Shown: positions 1 through 9,598 of the stretch, piece by piece | Layout of the letters: every line of letters begins with the position of its first letter | Numbering within the stretch: position 1 is the first letter of the stretch | Origin: Candidatus Saccharimonadota bacterium | Lineage (GTDB): Bacteria; Patescibacteriota; Saccharimonadia; CAILAD01; GCA-016700035 | Assembly (NCBI GenBank): GCA_046350755.1 | Contig: JAXLZV010000001.1 | Location: 75,510 to 139,509 of the forward strand | Length of the DNA: 64,000 bases | Direction: 5' to 3' | Position numbers and translations under genes: made by a program | Notes under the pieces: generated by a model | Database searches by the model: none | Told to the model about the DNA's origin: nothing | Seen by the model: only the letters and a program-made list of their open reading frames with translations

Positions 1-1049
1 GCAGACCCATCTTTGGCGGCATACTTAATATCCCCCATTATTGTAATGGTTTTATTGGTACTGCCGTTAGAAGGTAAGTACGAAGCAGCTATAGTTAGAC
101 GACTAGGATATGTCTGACCAGGGATGTTGCGAATCCAAACATTGTCCTCAACATAGAGTAAATCATTCGTCGGATGAGCTAATGTCTGTACAAAAGTACG
201 GTTGGTTGATGAACATTGTTCGCGCGTCAGTCGATAGACATCAATGCCACCATCACTTCTCAGTTCTAAATAATAGCCGAGTTTGGCCGAAGGATTTCCC
301 GCATTGGTCGGTGGAAGATAGTGACCGTTGGATTGTGCATCAGATTTAATTTTCTGTAAATCTGCTGTGACTGACTGGAAGTCAATTGGTGATACTGGGA
401 ATTTCCACAGGCTCTGAGGTCCACCGTTTCCCCAAACACCATTTTTCACTTGACCATTACCACCAAACTGAGCACTTGGGCGGTAGGAAGCCTGGGCAGA
501 GGAAATGGTATCGTTACCAACTCCATCAAAATGTATCCCAATATTGCTGTGCAGTGGCCCATCAACACTTTCATTCTGCCCTATCCAAATCTCGGTGTTG
601 GTGAGAATTGCATATTGAGCAAAGGATGGAATAGCGATAGATGCCTGAAGTGTACGCTTAGCGCCGTTTTTTGCTTGACCCACAGAGCGCACAGTTGCAG
701 ATGCACTGGCTGAAGTTGGAGGTTGGATATAAATAGAGTAGTTGCCGATCACCCGGCCATCCGGACCCTTATAGTCATAGTCAAAAGGTCCATAGCCATA
801 AGCACCAAGCGTACCGCAGGCTTTACCGTCACAATAATCGCTTACGTTGTGACTTAAGTGCCACAAGTAATAATTCATCCCAGCCTCTGCGATATAGGTA
901 GAAGATATTGCGCGTTCAGTACGTTGCGCAAATCGTTGTTGAGCTACTATACCTGTGGCCATGATTATCGCAATCGTTGATACAACTACCCCAGTAATAA
1001 GTATCTGTATGAGCGTAACGCCGGATCGATGTAAGCATATTTTTTTCAT
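1..1049 (-). CDS. PilX-like minor pilin / pilus assembly protein (runs off the window edge; absent from the ORF track)
   Basis: My translation from ATG 1049 (ATGA overlap with the upstream gene): MKKICLHRSG|VTLIQILITGVVVSTIAIIMATGIV...AEAGMNYYLWHLSH, a prepilin-like leader plus the PilX-type AEAG motif. Confidence 0.7.
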   Translation of the reverse strand, partial: MKKICLHRSGVTLIQILITGVVVSTIAIIMATGIVAQQRFAQRTERAISSTYIAEAGMNYYLWHLSHNVSDYCDGKACGTLGAYGYGPFDYDYKGPDGRVIGNYSIYIQPPTSASASATVRSVGQAKNGAKRTLQASIAIPSFAQYAILTNTEIWIGQNESVDGPLHSNIGIHFDGVGNDTISSAQASYRPSAQFGGNGQVKNGVWGNGGPQSLWKFPVSPIDFQSVTADLQKIKSDAQSNGHYLPPTNAGNPSAKLGYYLELRSDGGIDVYRLTREQCSSTNRTFVQTLAHPTNDLLYVEDNVWIRNIPGQTYPSRLTIAASYLPSNGSTNKTITIMGDIKYAAKDGS

Positions 1050-1633
1050 AGATTTGTCTTGAGATTTCTTATCTGCACTTTCGTAGATACCCGCTGATCA
1101 CTCGGTAGTACCTTGGGGTTGGGGTTTGTAACAAGCAGTATGCCGATCTGCCGAACGGCTAAAATATCTGGCGAAGTACCAATATCTACCTCATTCTCAT
1201 TGAAATACTGAAAAACAGCATCACCGCCACTATTCTTTATTGCTGTTATGGTATAGGTTTTTGAATCTGATGGTAAATATGTGTAATTTGGTGCAACACC
1301 GCTGGCAGGAATTACGTCTACTTTCAAGAAGCCTCCCTGAAGGTAATACCTCGCCCTATCGGGAACACTATCGCGAGGAGAAAAATAGCATTCTATGGTA
1401 AGATCATTTGCCGATGCTGCAATGATTTTATTTGTTGAACGTATAACTCGACTTACTCGATCGAGTGTATTAATCGCAGCGTAATTAGCTTTCGTTTGTG
1501 CACTTGCGAATAGATAAGCTTGCCAACCACGATATACAGCAGTATAGAGCAGTAGTGAGCCCAGAATGATCAGCGGCATAGTGATAATAAGTTCAATCAG
1601 GCTCATACCCTTCGGCGATTGTATCCGCCTCAT
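1046..1633 (-). CDS. Prepilin-type N-terminal cleavage/methylation protein (PilW-like)
   Basis: PKG|MSLIELIIT class III signal peptide; start placed at ATG 1633, which overlaps the upstream stop. Confidence 0.8.
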   Translation of the reverse strand: MRRIQSPKGMSLIELIITMPLIILGSLLLYTAVYRGWQAYLFASAQTKANYAAINTLDRVSRVIRSTNKIIAASANDLTIECYFSPRDSVPDRARYYLQGGFLKVDVIPASGVAPNYTYLPSDSKTYTITAIKNSGGDAVFQYFNENEVDIGTSPDILAVRQIGILLVTNPNPKVLPSDQRVSTKVQIRNLKTNL

Positions 1634-2988
1634 TGTACAGTGATCCCTGACGACTGAATGGTTGAACGCCCGGAAGTTGTCACTACGATATCCCATGCTC
1701 CGGTAGCCGCTCCAGTTAAATCAAACGTGGCACTTAGTAGGTCGGGTGCAGTATAAACTACCCCAGTTGCAACCCGATCGGGCTCGCCAGCTTTGCGAAG
1801 TGTTATAGTCGAGCCTGAGTTAAAATTATCTCCCGTAATATCAACTAACACGCCGCTTGTCGCGGTAGTTGTTAATGGGGTAACTTGTTCGATTTTAGGA
1901 TATGAAGTTGGACTCAAGGCGCCTGTAATGGTAGCCGTTGTATTGCTTCCCGGGGCAACCGTAACTGGTTGATATGGAGATGTTGCAAGCACAGTATATC
2001 CCGCTACCGAAATTGCATAACTATCCCACTCAATCAGGCTTAGTGATATTTTGCCGTTATTGTCGGTCGTAAGAGTTTGACTATACTTGCTGATACTCGG
2101 TGTGGTATTGATCACTTTTTGACCGGAAACAGTAATGCTGGTATTGGCGATCGGTGCCCCAGAGGTATTGAGGATAGTAAGGTCCAGATTTGAAAGTTGG
2201 TCTATCGAAAATGTCTTGATCGTTGTTTGCTGAGCAACCATGCCAAAATCAGGATTTGCCGGATCTGGGAGCTGTAAACTCGCGGCATAGGTTTGATCGG
2301 TAGAAAAACCTGATTTCGTGATAACTACATGGTAATCCGTTTCTGCATCAGGCGGCAGCTTAGGTATAATAACCTGCCCCTGCACGTCAGTTTGAGTCTG
2401 GATATTTACCCCCGGGCTCACCGTACTGTTTGTGATTATAACCGATGCCCCCTCAACGGGTTGCCCGCTGGCATTTATAACGCGCACGATCAGTACTCCA
2501 GTATTGCCCGATGTTTCTGCTGTCTTGGCGGCGATATCCGAAGAATATTGTGCATATTGGTGCTTACCGTCAGTAGATAGAATTGTTATGGTAGCCTTTT
2601 TATAATCGTAGGGATAAATATCCTGTGGCTTGCCAACAATTGATCCATTTATATCTCCATCATACGGATTATCAACGTAACGAATATCTGTTCGCACGAG
2701 AAAGCGCAATTTGTTGCGAGTCAGAACCACTTCATCCTTGAGTGTGCCCGCAGGATATATCGTGCCATATTCAGTGGCTAGCGAATCATAGGGGAGATTT
2801 TTAAGCTCTTCCATTTTTTCTTGCGCTAATGCAACTCCAACCGACTTTGCTTTACTGCTAAATAATAAGACGAGATTAGTATTGACGAGTGAAAATAGCG
2901 CCAATAACATCATAGCCATCAAGGCAATGCCGATTATTGTTTCTACTAGACTCACTCCATGACGGAGTCTCGAGCGACGCTGCAACAT
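1630..2988 (-). CDS. Large pilin-like protein with carboxypeptidase-regulatory-like / Ig-like beta domains
   Basis: RHG|VSLVETIIG prepilin leader; Thr/Ser-rich beta repeats (VINASGQPVEGASV, QTDVQG, TTDNNG); start 2988 lies 6 nt after a TATAAT. Confidence 0.75.
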   Translation of the reverse strand: MLQRRSRLRHGVSLVETIIGIALMAMMLLALFSLVNTNLVLLFSSKAKSVGVALAQEKMEELKNLPYDSLATEYGTIYPAGTLKDEVVLTRNKLRFLVRTDIRYVDNPYDGDINGSIVGKPQDIYPYDYKKATITILSTDGKHQYAQYSSDIAAKTAETSGNTGVLIVRVINASGQPVEGASVIITNSTVSPGVNIQTQTDVQGQVIIPKLPPDAETDYHVVITKSGFSTDQTYAASLQLPDPANPDFGMVAQQTTIKTFSIDQLSNLDLTILNTSGAPIANTSITVSGQKVINTTPSISKYSQTLTTDNNGKISLSLIEWDSYAISVAGYTVLATSPYQPVTVAPGSNTTATITGALSPTSYPKIEQVTPLTTTATSGVLVDITGDNFNSGSTITLRKAGEPDRVATGVVYTAPDLLSATFDLTGAATGAWDIVVTTSGRSTIQSSGITVQ

Positions 2989-3031
2989 AGTTTCATTATA
3001 GACGAACCTGCTTATGTTCACACTATATATA

Positions 3032-3060
3032 TTGACAATATTGCTTATGCCTGGTATAAT
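3032..3060 (+). promoter_or_regulatory. Consensus sigma70 promoter for the GT2 operon
   Basis: TTGACA (3032-3037), 17 nt, TATAAT (3055-3060). Confidence 0.8.
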
Positions 3061-3094
3061 CATGCCTTACGACTTGACTAAGTCGGATTTGATT

Positions 3095-4192
3095 ATGAAA
3101 AGTGAATTAGACACAACCCCCAAGCGCCAGTTGGCGCTGCTTATACCAGGCCACAATGAAGCTATTGTGATCGAAGATACTATTCGGTCAGCCCTGGCTG
3201 CCGGCCAATCGATTGAAGATATTTATGTCGTCGATGACGCCTCAACAGATGAGACGGCTTACTTAGCGCGTGGCATTATTGGTCAAAACAACGTTTATAA
3301 AGTTCAGCGCTCTGGTAAAGCTTTAGCTGTTAAGAAAGCTATTCGCCACTTCCGTATCATTTCACGGTATACCTGGGTACACATCGCCGATGCAGATTCA
3401 GTCTTCGAGAAACGCTATTTTGAAGAATTTAATAAGCACCTGGATGCTACGAAATACGTCGCCGCAACTGGCTATGTAAAATCGCTCAAGGGTGGTTGGA
3501 TCTCAAAATACCGGGCCTACGAATATACCTTTGGCCAAGAAGTCATGCGCCGCATTCAACATATGCTCGGCGTGATTCCTGTTATCCCCGGACCAACCAG
3601 CTGTTTCCGGACGGACATCTTGAAATATCTCGACTTTGAAACTCACAATCTCACTGAAGACTTCGATATTACCATTCAGATTCACCGCCAGAAACTCGGG
3701 AAAATTGCATTCATCCCGACCGCCAAGACATTGACACAAGACCCGAAAGATTATCAAGACTACGTTAAGCAAGTGTCACGATGGTACCGTGGCTTTTGGC
3801 AGGGTGTGGTGGATCGACGCATCGGACTCAAGTTTCAGCGTATCGATGCCTATCTCGGCTACCAAATGCTCGAAATGTTTGCCTATTACTTTAATATCAT
3901 CGTACTCCTGCCTATCCTGTTAATACAGGGTAAGGGAGTCTACGCGCTGGCGCTGACCTTCCTCATTGATGCCGGTATATTTTTTGGCGCCACGCTGATG
4001 GCGGCCGGCGTCCACAAACGCGCCGACGTTATCTCGGCCTTCCCACTCTTTTATCTGTTGCGCGTGACCAATATGGTGCTCTACGTCGTCGCCTTCGTTG
4101 AGGTGGTTATTTTGCGTCGTTTTCGCACCAAGCAAACTGGCTGGTCAACTGCCGGACGGCGCTACGCGATTCACAAAGAGGCATCTTCATGA
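3095..4192 (+). CDS. Processive GT2 glycosyltransferase (cellulose synthase / PNAG synthase-like)
   Basis: PGHNE, VVDDASTD, DAD, TED and QVSRW (QxxRW) motifs; C-terminal TM helices; start moved downstream of the promoter. Confidence 0.9.
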   Translation: MKSELDTTPKRQLALLIPGHNEAIVIEDTIRSALAAGQSIEDIYVVDDASTDETAYLARGIIGQNNVYKVQRSGKALAVKKAIRHFRIISRYTWVHIADADSVFEKRYFEEFNKHLDATKYVAATGYVKSLKGGWISKYRAYEYTFGQEVMRRIQHMLGVIPVIPGPTSCFRTDILKYLDFETHNLTEDFDITIQIHRQKLGKIAFIPTAKTLTQDPKDYQDYVKQVSRWYRGFWQGVVDRRIGLKFQRIDAYLGYQMLEMFAYYFNIIVLLPILLIQGKGVYALALTFLIDAGIFFGATLMAAGVHKRADVISAFPLFYLLRVTNMVLYVVAFVEVVILRRFRTKQTGWSTAGRRYAIHKEASS

Positions 4193-5586
4193 AAGCCCGT
4201 AAAGTTCTAAACTTTGCTCTGTATGCGATGGCGGCCGGCTTTTTGGCTCTCCACCTCTTGCCAATTGGTAGCGTGCTGGCAAGTTTTAAGCCTGAGCCAA
4301 CAACCTACGCTACCCTGGCTGCCAAAGCCGAATGCACAAATGGTGACTTTGATGTTCTCACCTTCGGCAATCCGCTGACGGACCCGCTCTATGTGTCGCT
4401 TAACAACTCCGAGCGTCTCGTCGCCCCAGTGCCGAGTGGTGTGAACTTAGTAAGTAATCCCAAAGCTCTCGAGCTAGGTACAAATGGTAAGCCGACCGGC
4501 TGGCTAGATGATAAATATGGCCAAAGCAATACTACGTTTAGCCTTGTGCGTAACGCCCTGCCAAATGCGAATGCCTTGCGGGTTGAAGTCCGCGACTATC
4601 AGGCGGGTGATGCCAAATGGCTGATGGACCCTGTCGCTGTCAAAGAGGGGCAGATAGTGAATGTAAGCTTTCAGTATCGCAGCCAGCAAGATTCCGACGT
4701 CGTTGCAACTTATATTAATGAACGTGGCGAGACGCGCTACGTGAATGTTACTCAGCTAACGAACACGAATAATCAATGGATGACCTATCGCGGCGATATC
4801 GTCATACCACCTGGTACCAAACAGCTCCAGATTGCCCAAGCGCTCACTGCCAACGGTGTTATCGAGTCGACTAATTACTCGATAACTAGTCGACCTATCA
4901 GTGGCTTTCAGCGTGGTATCGTCAGTATTACCTTTGATGATGGCTGGGGTTCAATTTATGAAAAAGGCTTGTCGTTATTCGAGAAATATCGGATTCCAAC
5001 AACTCAGTTTGTGGTTGCTAATTACGACAAGGGTAAGGCCTATATGACCGGAGAACAAATTACTTCGCTGCAGAAAAAAGGCCATGAAATTGGCTCACAT
5101 AGTTACTCGCACGCCAAGCTCACCCAGCAAAATGCCTCTGAGCTCCACACCGAAGTGGCGGGGAGTCAGGCCGTATTACAAGACCGCTACACTGGTAGCG
5201 CCTCAAATTTCGCCGCCCCGTTTGGTGTCTATAACGATGAAGTGAGCCAAAAGATTGCTCAGTGTTACCAAAGCCATCGTACTACCGACACCGGCTACAA
5301 CACTGCCGGCTATGATCGCTATCAAGTTCGCGTCCAGAACGTAGAAGTCGATACGACGCCAGCCGAAGTCAAACGCTGGGTAGATTACGCACAACAGAAT
5401 AAGCTGTGGCTCGTACTGGTATACCATCAAGTAGAAAATGGTGGCGAATACGCTGTCGATACCAGCGCCCTAGAAGCGCAGCTGAAAGTAATTGCTGACA
5501 GTGGTATACACGCCGCGACCTATAATGACGCACTACTTGAAACATACCCTCAAGGTCGTCAACTTGCCCCTTACTCGGGCTTCTAA
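4189..5586 (+). CDS. Secreted polysaccharide deacetylase (CE4/NodB) with N-terminal carbohydrate-binding-like domain
   Basis: Signal/TM N-terminus; ITFDDG, HEIGSHSYSH, APFG, LVYH motifs; ATGA overlap with the GT2 gene. Confidence 0.85.
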   Translation: MKARKVLNFALYAMAAGFLALHLLPIGSVLASFKPEPTTYATLAAKAECTNGDFDVLTFGNPLTDPLYVSLNNSERLVAPVPSGVNLVSNPKALELGTNGKPTGWLDDKYGQSNTTFSLVRNALPNANALRVEVRDYQAGDAKWLMDPVAVKEGQIVNVSFQYRSQQDSDVVATYINERGETRYVNVTQLTNTNNQWMTYRGDIVIPPGTKQLQIAQALTANGVIESTNYSITSRPISGFQRGIVSITFDDGWGSIYEKGLSLFEKYRIPTTQFVVANYDKGKAYMTGEQITSLQKKGHEIGSHSYSHAKLTQQNASELHTEVAGSQAVLQDRYTGSASNFAAPFGVYNDEVSQKIAQCYQSHRTTDTGYNTAGYDRYQVRVQNVEVDTTPAEVKRWVDYAQQNKLWLVLVYHQVENGGEYAVDTSALEAQLKVIADSGIHAATYNDALLETYPQGRQLAPYSGF

Positions 5587-5589
5587 ACG

Positions 5590-6756
5590 CTAGAAGGCGG
5601 CTCGCTGCGCCAATCCAAGCGCATAGTCTGGCCACCACTGACCACTGGTCGGCCCACCATTACAGGCTCCATCTGACTCACCCGGGTATTTCACCCATAG
5701 TAAAGCATCAACTGGATTGCCACCCTGAGCCGACGGAGGCAAGCCGAGTCCACGGCCGGTTGGATTACACCACGAGAGATCAGGCATTGGACCCTGACCA
5801 TTTCGGCTAGTATCGATTACAACATGCAAGCCGCCAGTCAAACTACTTAAGCGCTGACCGTAGCTGCGTGATTCTGCAGTGGTTAAGAAGTTGGAGACGT
5901 TTAAAGCCACACCTTGCAGACGAGGGGCACCAATTTGTCGGATACGCTGGGCGATCGTCTCAGGGCTCTGCCAGCGAGCATTGCCCGCATCGAGATACAC
6001 ATAATGATTAGCTGGCCCGGAGAGCGTATCAATCGCGTAGCGAAGTAGGCTAGCGCGTTCGTTGCGTTGCGCTTCCGTCAGACAATCCCAACCAGCCAGC
6101 GCGTCCGGCTCCAGAATAAACACTGCCTTCGAGCCACTAGCACCTTGGCTGATCGCCGATATCCAATTGCGATAGGCATCAGCGCTCGATGCTCCACCAG
6201 CTGAATAGCTGCCACAGTCACGAATCGGGATGTTGTACAGCACAAAGACTGGCAGGGCACCTTGCCCACGCATATCACCAATCCACTGACGAGTGGCCTG
6301 ACCGACATTAGCGTACCAGTCGCCCAGCCAGGTTGCGACCGGAGTATTGGCGATTTTGGACAACAGAGCCGCGTCGGCCGGCCGTGTGCTAGCCAAGGCT
6401 GCACGAGTCTGTGCGGCCGGCGAGTCCGGATCGATGAAAAGCCGCTCACCGGCGAAGGGGTTAGTGCCGACTTTTGGAGCGTATTTACCGGCCGCTGGTT
6501 GTGGATTCGTGGCCTGCGCCTGAGGCGAGGTAAGTGGTGCTACCTGCGTCGGTGTTGGCGGGGGAGCAATGACTGGCTGTGGCGTACTCGAAGGAGCACT
6601 CAGAGCCGCCAAACGCCGAGACAACACTCCATACTTGCCAAACATTGGCCCAGCTAACAGCGCACCGGCAACATAGACGCTGGCAACCAGCGTGATGCCA
6701 AGCCACGTCCGCCATACTGGTGGTTTGAGTTTCATTTTTACCCCCTCCTGAGTCAA
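5590..6756 (-). CDS. Glycoside hydrolase family 6 (endoglucanase-like), membrane-anchored with a Pro-rich linker
   Basis: YNIPIRDC, ILEPDAL, YLDAGN, NVSNF, IDTSRNG, WCNP, WVKYPGESDG motifs; true start may be MKLKPP. Confidence 0.92.
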   Translation of the reverse strand: MTQEGVKMKLKPPVWRTWLGITLVASVYVAGALLAGPMFGKYGVLSRRLAALSAPSSTPQPVIAPPPTPTQVAPLTSPQAQATNPQPAAGKYAPKVGTNPFAGERLFIDPDSPAAQTRAALASTRPADAALLSKIANTPVATWLGDWYANVGQATRQWIGDMRGQGALPVFVLYNIPIRDCGSYSAGGASSADAYRNWISAISQGASGSKAVFILEPDALAGWDCLTEAQRNERASLLRYAIDTLSGPANHYVYLDAGNARWQSPETIAQRIRQIGAPRLQGVALNVSNFLTTAESRSYGQRLSSLTGGLHVVIDTSRNGQGPMPDLSWCNPTGRGLGLPPSAQGGNPVDALLWVKYPGESDGACNGGPTSGQWWPDYALGLAQRAAF

Positions 6757-6824
6757 AACTGCTTGTGTTCATACTATCTGGATGAGATTAGCCTGTCAAA
6801 TCTGGTAAATCATATTGAAAACCC

Positions 6825-6853
6825 TTGACAATAACGCTTATATTTGTTATTAT
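6825..6853 (+). promoter_or_regulatory. sigma70 promoter for the small LPXTG-type gene
   Basis: TTGACA (6825-6830), 17 nt, TATTAT (6848-6853), with a TG extended -10. Confidence 0.65.
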
Positions 6854-6969
6854 ACATTCGTAAAACGAGGGTGAGTCAGGAATGTCTGAGAAATCAGCAT
6901 TTCTGCCCCACTCTCGTTTTTATGTATATATACCTTAAGTCGTCCCGCTTGCCGGGAAGGAGACACCAC

Positions 6970-7143
6970 ATGACCTACGGTAAAGGTGGCGGTACGCTGC
7001 CAACTACTGTTGCTTTGGCCACAGGTGCAACCCTACCAGCTACTGGTGCAACCAACAGCTGGATCGTTATCGCAGCCGCTGCTCTCGCAGCTGGCTTGGT
7101 AGCTTGGGGCGCCCTCTACGCGATCAAAAACCGCGTACGCTAA
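6970..7143 (+). CDS. 57-aa protein consisting almost entirely of an LPXTG-type sorting signal
   Basis: MTYGKGGGTLPTTVALATGATLPATGATNSWIVIAAAALAAGLVAWGALYAIKNRVR: LPATG, hydrophobic helix, basic tail; GGAAGGAG RBS. Confidence 0.75.
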   Translation: MTYGKGGGTLPTTVALATGATLPATGATNSWIVIAAAALAAGLVAWGALYAIKNRVR

Positions 7144-7150
7144 AAGCTCA

Positions 7151-7194
7151 TAAAAAAACTCTCTCACTCATTTGATGTGTTGAGAGTTTTTTTA
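7151..7194. terminator. Bidirectional intrinsic terminator
   Basis: AAAAAAACTCTC...GAGAGTTTTTTT between convergent genes. Confidence 0.7.
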
Positions 7195-8433
7195 TTGCCA
7201 ACTAGCTGGCAGTGTCGTTGGTGCAATGCTGACCCAGCTTTGGCCGCGGTTGAGTTTGACTTCATTACCCGATTCATCAGTCAACTTCAATCGATCGACT
7301 TCACCGGCTTTCTTCCAAGTCACGATCGTCGCTGTACCATCCTGAAAGACGACGCCTTTACCGCTACCAGTGACCGTGATGTCGGTTTTCGGTTTGCCAT
7401 TGCGCTGAGTACCGCTGACCGTCGTCGCATAGAGGAGGATGACTGTTTTGGGGTTAACCTGCTTATTATTCGCTGCTGCGTCCTTATCTGGCTTGCCGCC
7501 CACTTCCCGCAAATAACTGTTGGTCGCTGAGTCGTAGCGAAACACAGCCCGATAATCAGCCCCTGAAAAGTTTACTGTCACCACCGAGGCGTTCGGTGAC
7601 CCGGACGGTGCATCGTCCTTTCGTGGCCAAGCGGTAAAATTCGGCGGACCGCCCCAACCCTTGTCCTTAGCTAGCTCAACCAACTTCGGACCATAAATGT
7701 ACAGATTATGCGGACTGTAGCGGGTATTAATCCGGCGAAAATAGCGGCCGTTATAGAACTGATCCAGATCTTTAAAGCCTTTGCCGCTGCGCGCCAAAGC
7801 TAGCCCGTCGGACGACCCGCCGGCGTGGGCGACAGGGGTGCCGTACTCCATGGCCATATCGTAAAAGACGGGACGCAAGCTACGCACAGGGCCAATGTCG
7901 GTTGGTACATCAGCCTGAAAAACCGCTAGGTAGCGGGTAATGCCGCCCTCAGATAAGGCTTCGTAGACGACGCCAGCGCTCGATAAGCCCGACTGCGGAC
8001 GAGCATTCGGACTCAGATTCTCGATGATAGAGGCCACGACCGGCTGATCGGCTTTGACGGGATCCATTTCGACGCCGGTGAGCAGACTCGCCTTGGTAAT
8101 CGGCTTTGGCGATTCGCTCGGTGTGGTGCGCGGTGACGGCGTGGGCGACTCAGCGACCTTCGTAGGCTTCGGACGGAGTAGGGCGTACGCCACTCCAGCG
8201 CTTGCCAGCAGCGCCACCAGACCGACAATCAGCAAGATAATACCACGCCGTGTCTTATACCACGGCGTCTTTTCTCGGGCCGCCGGATGGGTATCAGTGA
8301 TTAAGGCCTGACGATTATTTTTTGTCGAACGACCAGCTATGCCTACGCGCGGAGTAGAGGCGACCAGACGCGTAGTCGCATCTTCGGGCGATTGACTGAG
8401 TGGCTCTGGTGTTGATGTTGATTTTTTTGGCAT
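7192..8433 (-). CDS. DUF3048 / YerB-like membrane-anchored protein
   Basis: N-terminal TM; IENxxxxARPQSGL, YEALSEGGITR, GPVRS, PHNLY motifs. Confidence 0.8.
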   Translation of the reverse strand: MPKKSTSTPEPLSQSPEDATTRLVASTPRVGIAGRSTKNNRQALITDTHPAAREKTPWYKTRRGIILLIVGLVALLASAGVAYALLRPKPTKVAESPTPSPRTTPSESPKPITKASLLTGVEMDPVKADQPVVASIIENLSPNARPQSGLSSAGVVYEALSEGGITRYLAVFQADVPTDIGPVRSLRPVFYDMAMEYGTPVAHAGGSSDGLALARSGKGFKDLDQFYNGRYFRRINTRYSPHNLYIYGPKLVELAKDKGWGGPPNFTAWPRKDDAPSGSPNASVVTVNFSGADYRAVFRYDSATNSYLREVGGKPDKDAAANNKQVNPKTVILLYATTVSGTQRNGKPKTDITVTGSGKGVVFQDGTATIVTWKKAGEVDRLKLTDESGNEVKLNRGQSWVSIAPTTLPASWQ

Positions 8434-8521
8434 GCCCCTTGAGTACGCTTATATATGCGCATATTATACCATGAGCATTAAGCCGCGAAAACTGTTGAGG
8501 GCCGTGCTGGGGTTGCCCTGA

Positions 8522-9556
8522 TTACTCCCAGTTGAGCGTACCGCCAGTCTGGTACTCGGTCACACGAGTTTCGAAGAAGTTCTTTTCCTTGGTGAGGTCG
8601 ATGGCTTCACTCATCCAGGGGAAAGGATTCTCGGAGCTAAATTGCGGTGCCAAACCAACTCGCTGCAAGCGACGATCGGCAATGTGCTCAATGTACTGCT
8701 TAAAGCCGTCGGCGTTCATGCCGAAGATTCCGCGTGGAAAGACTTCAGCTGCAAAAGTATATTCCAGACGGGCGGCCTCTTTGACGAGGTCGGTGATGTG
8801 CTGGGCAAACTCTGGCGTCCACAACTCCGGCTGCTCTTCCTTGATCGTATTGATGAGCTTGATACCAAAGTTAAGATGCTGGGTCTCGTCACGCATGATG
8901 TACTGGATCTGTTCGGCGGCCCCAACCATCTTGTTCTGACGCTGAAAACCAAACATCACCGCAAATGAGCTGTAGAAGAAGATGCCTTCGAGAATCAACG
9001 AGAACACACACAGGTTTTCGAGAAACTTCTGATCTGACTCAAAGGTACCGGTTTTAAACTCAGGATCAAAGATACCCTCATTGAAGCTCAGGATAAAATC
9101 GGCTTTCGAATAGATCGCATCGACCTCGCGGTACATATTGAAGATCTCTGAGCCATCGAGGCCCAATGACTCGACAATATACTGATAGGCATGGGTGTGA
9201 ATCGCTTCCTCATAGGCCTGGCGCAAGAGATACATCCGGCACTCCGGGCTGGAGATATGCTTGTACATCGCCAGCACCACGTTATTAGCAGCGATCGAGT
9301 CGGCCGTCGTGAAGAAGCCGAGCACCGTCTTTAGCGCCTTCACTTCATCATCGGTCAAACGACCATTGCGAAGCTGCTCGATATCGCTCATCATGGTGAT
9401 CTCGGTCGGTAGCCAGTGATTGGCATTACCGGCGTTATAGGCTTCCCAAGCAAAGGTATGCTTCATCGGGTGCAGCTGGATCACATCGGCGTCAGCGCCA
9501 TTGATGATCCGCCGAGCATTGATATCCGGCCGCTGCTTAGTTTTGGTTATGGGCAT
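8522..9556 (-). CDS. nrdB: Class Ia ribonucleotide reductase beta subunit
   Basis: EAIHTHAY (radical Tyr present), EGIFFYSSF, RDETQH, C-terminal NFFETRVTEY. Confidence 0.95.
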   Translation of the reverse strand: MPITKTKQRPDINARRIINGADADVIQLHPMKHTFAWEAYNAGNANHWLPTEITMMSDIEQLRNGRLTDDEVKALKTVLGFFTTADSIAANNVVLAMYKHISSPECRMYLLRQAYEEAIHTHAYQYIVESLGLDGSEIFNMYREVDAIYSKADFILSFNEGIFDPEFKTGTFESDQKFLENLCVFSLILEGIFFYSSFAVMFGFQRQNKMVGAAEQIQYIMRDETQHLNFGIKLINTIKEEQPELWTPEFAQHITDLVKEAARLEYTFAAEVFPRGIFGMNADGFKQYIEHIADRRLQRVGLAPQFSSENPFPWMSEAIDLTKEKNFFETRVTEYQTGGTLNWE

Positions 9557-9598
9557 AATGGTGTCTCCAAAGCTAGGTTAAGTTGGTAAGTCGTCATG

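Noticed and set aside
8522-9556. Class Ic (Mn/Fe) RNR beta subunit
   Set aside because: The radical Tyr is retained (EAIHTHAY) and the first ligand is Asp, so class Ia
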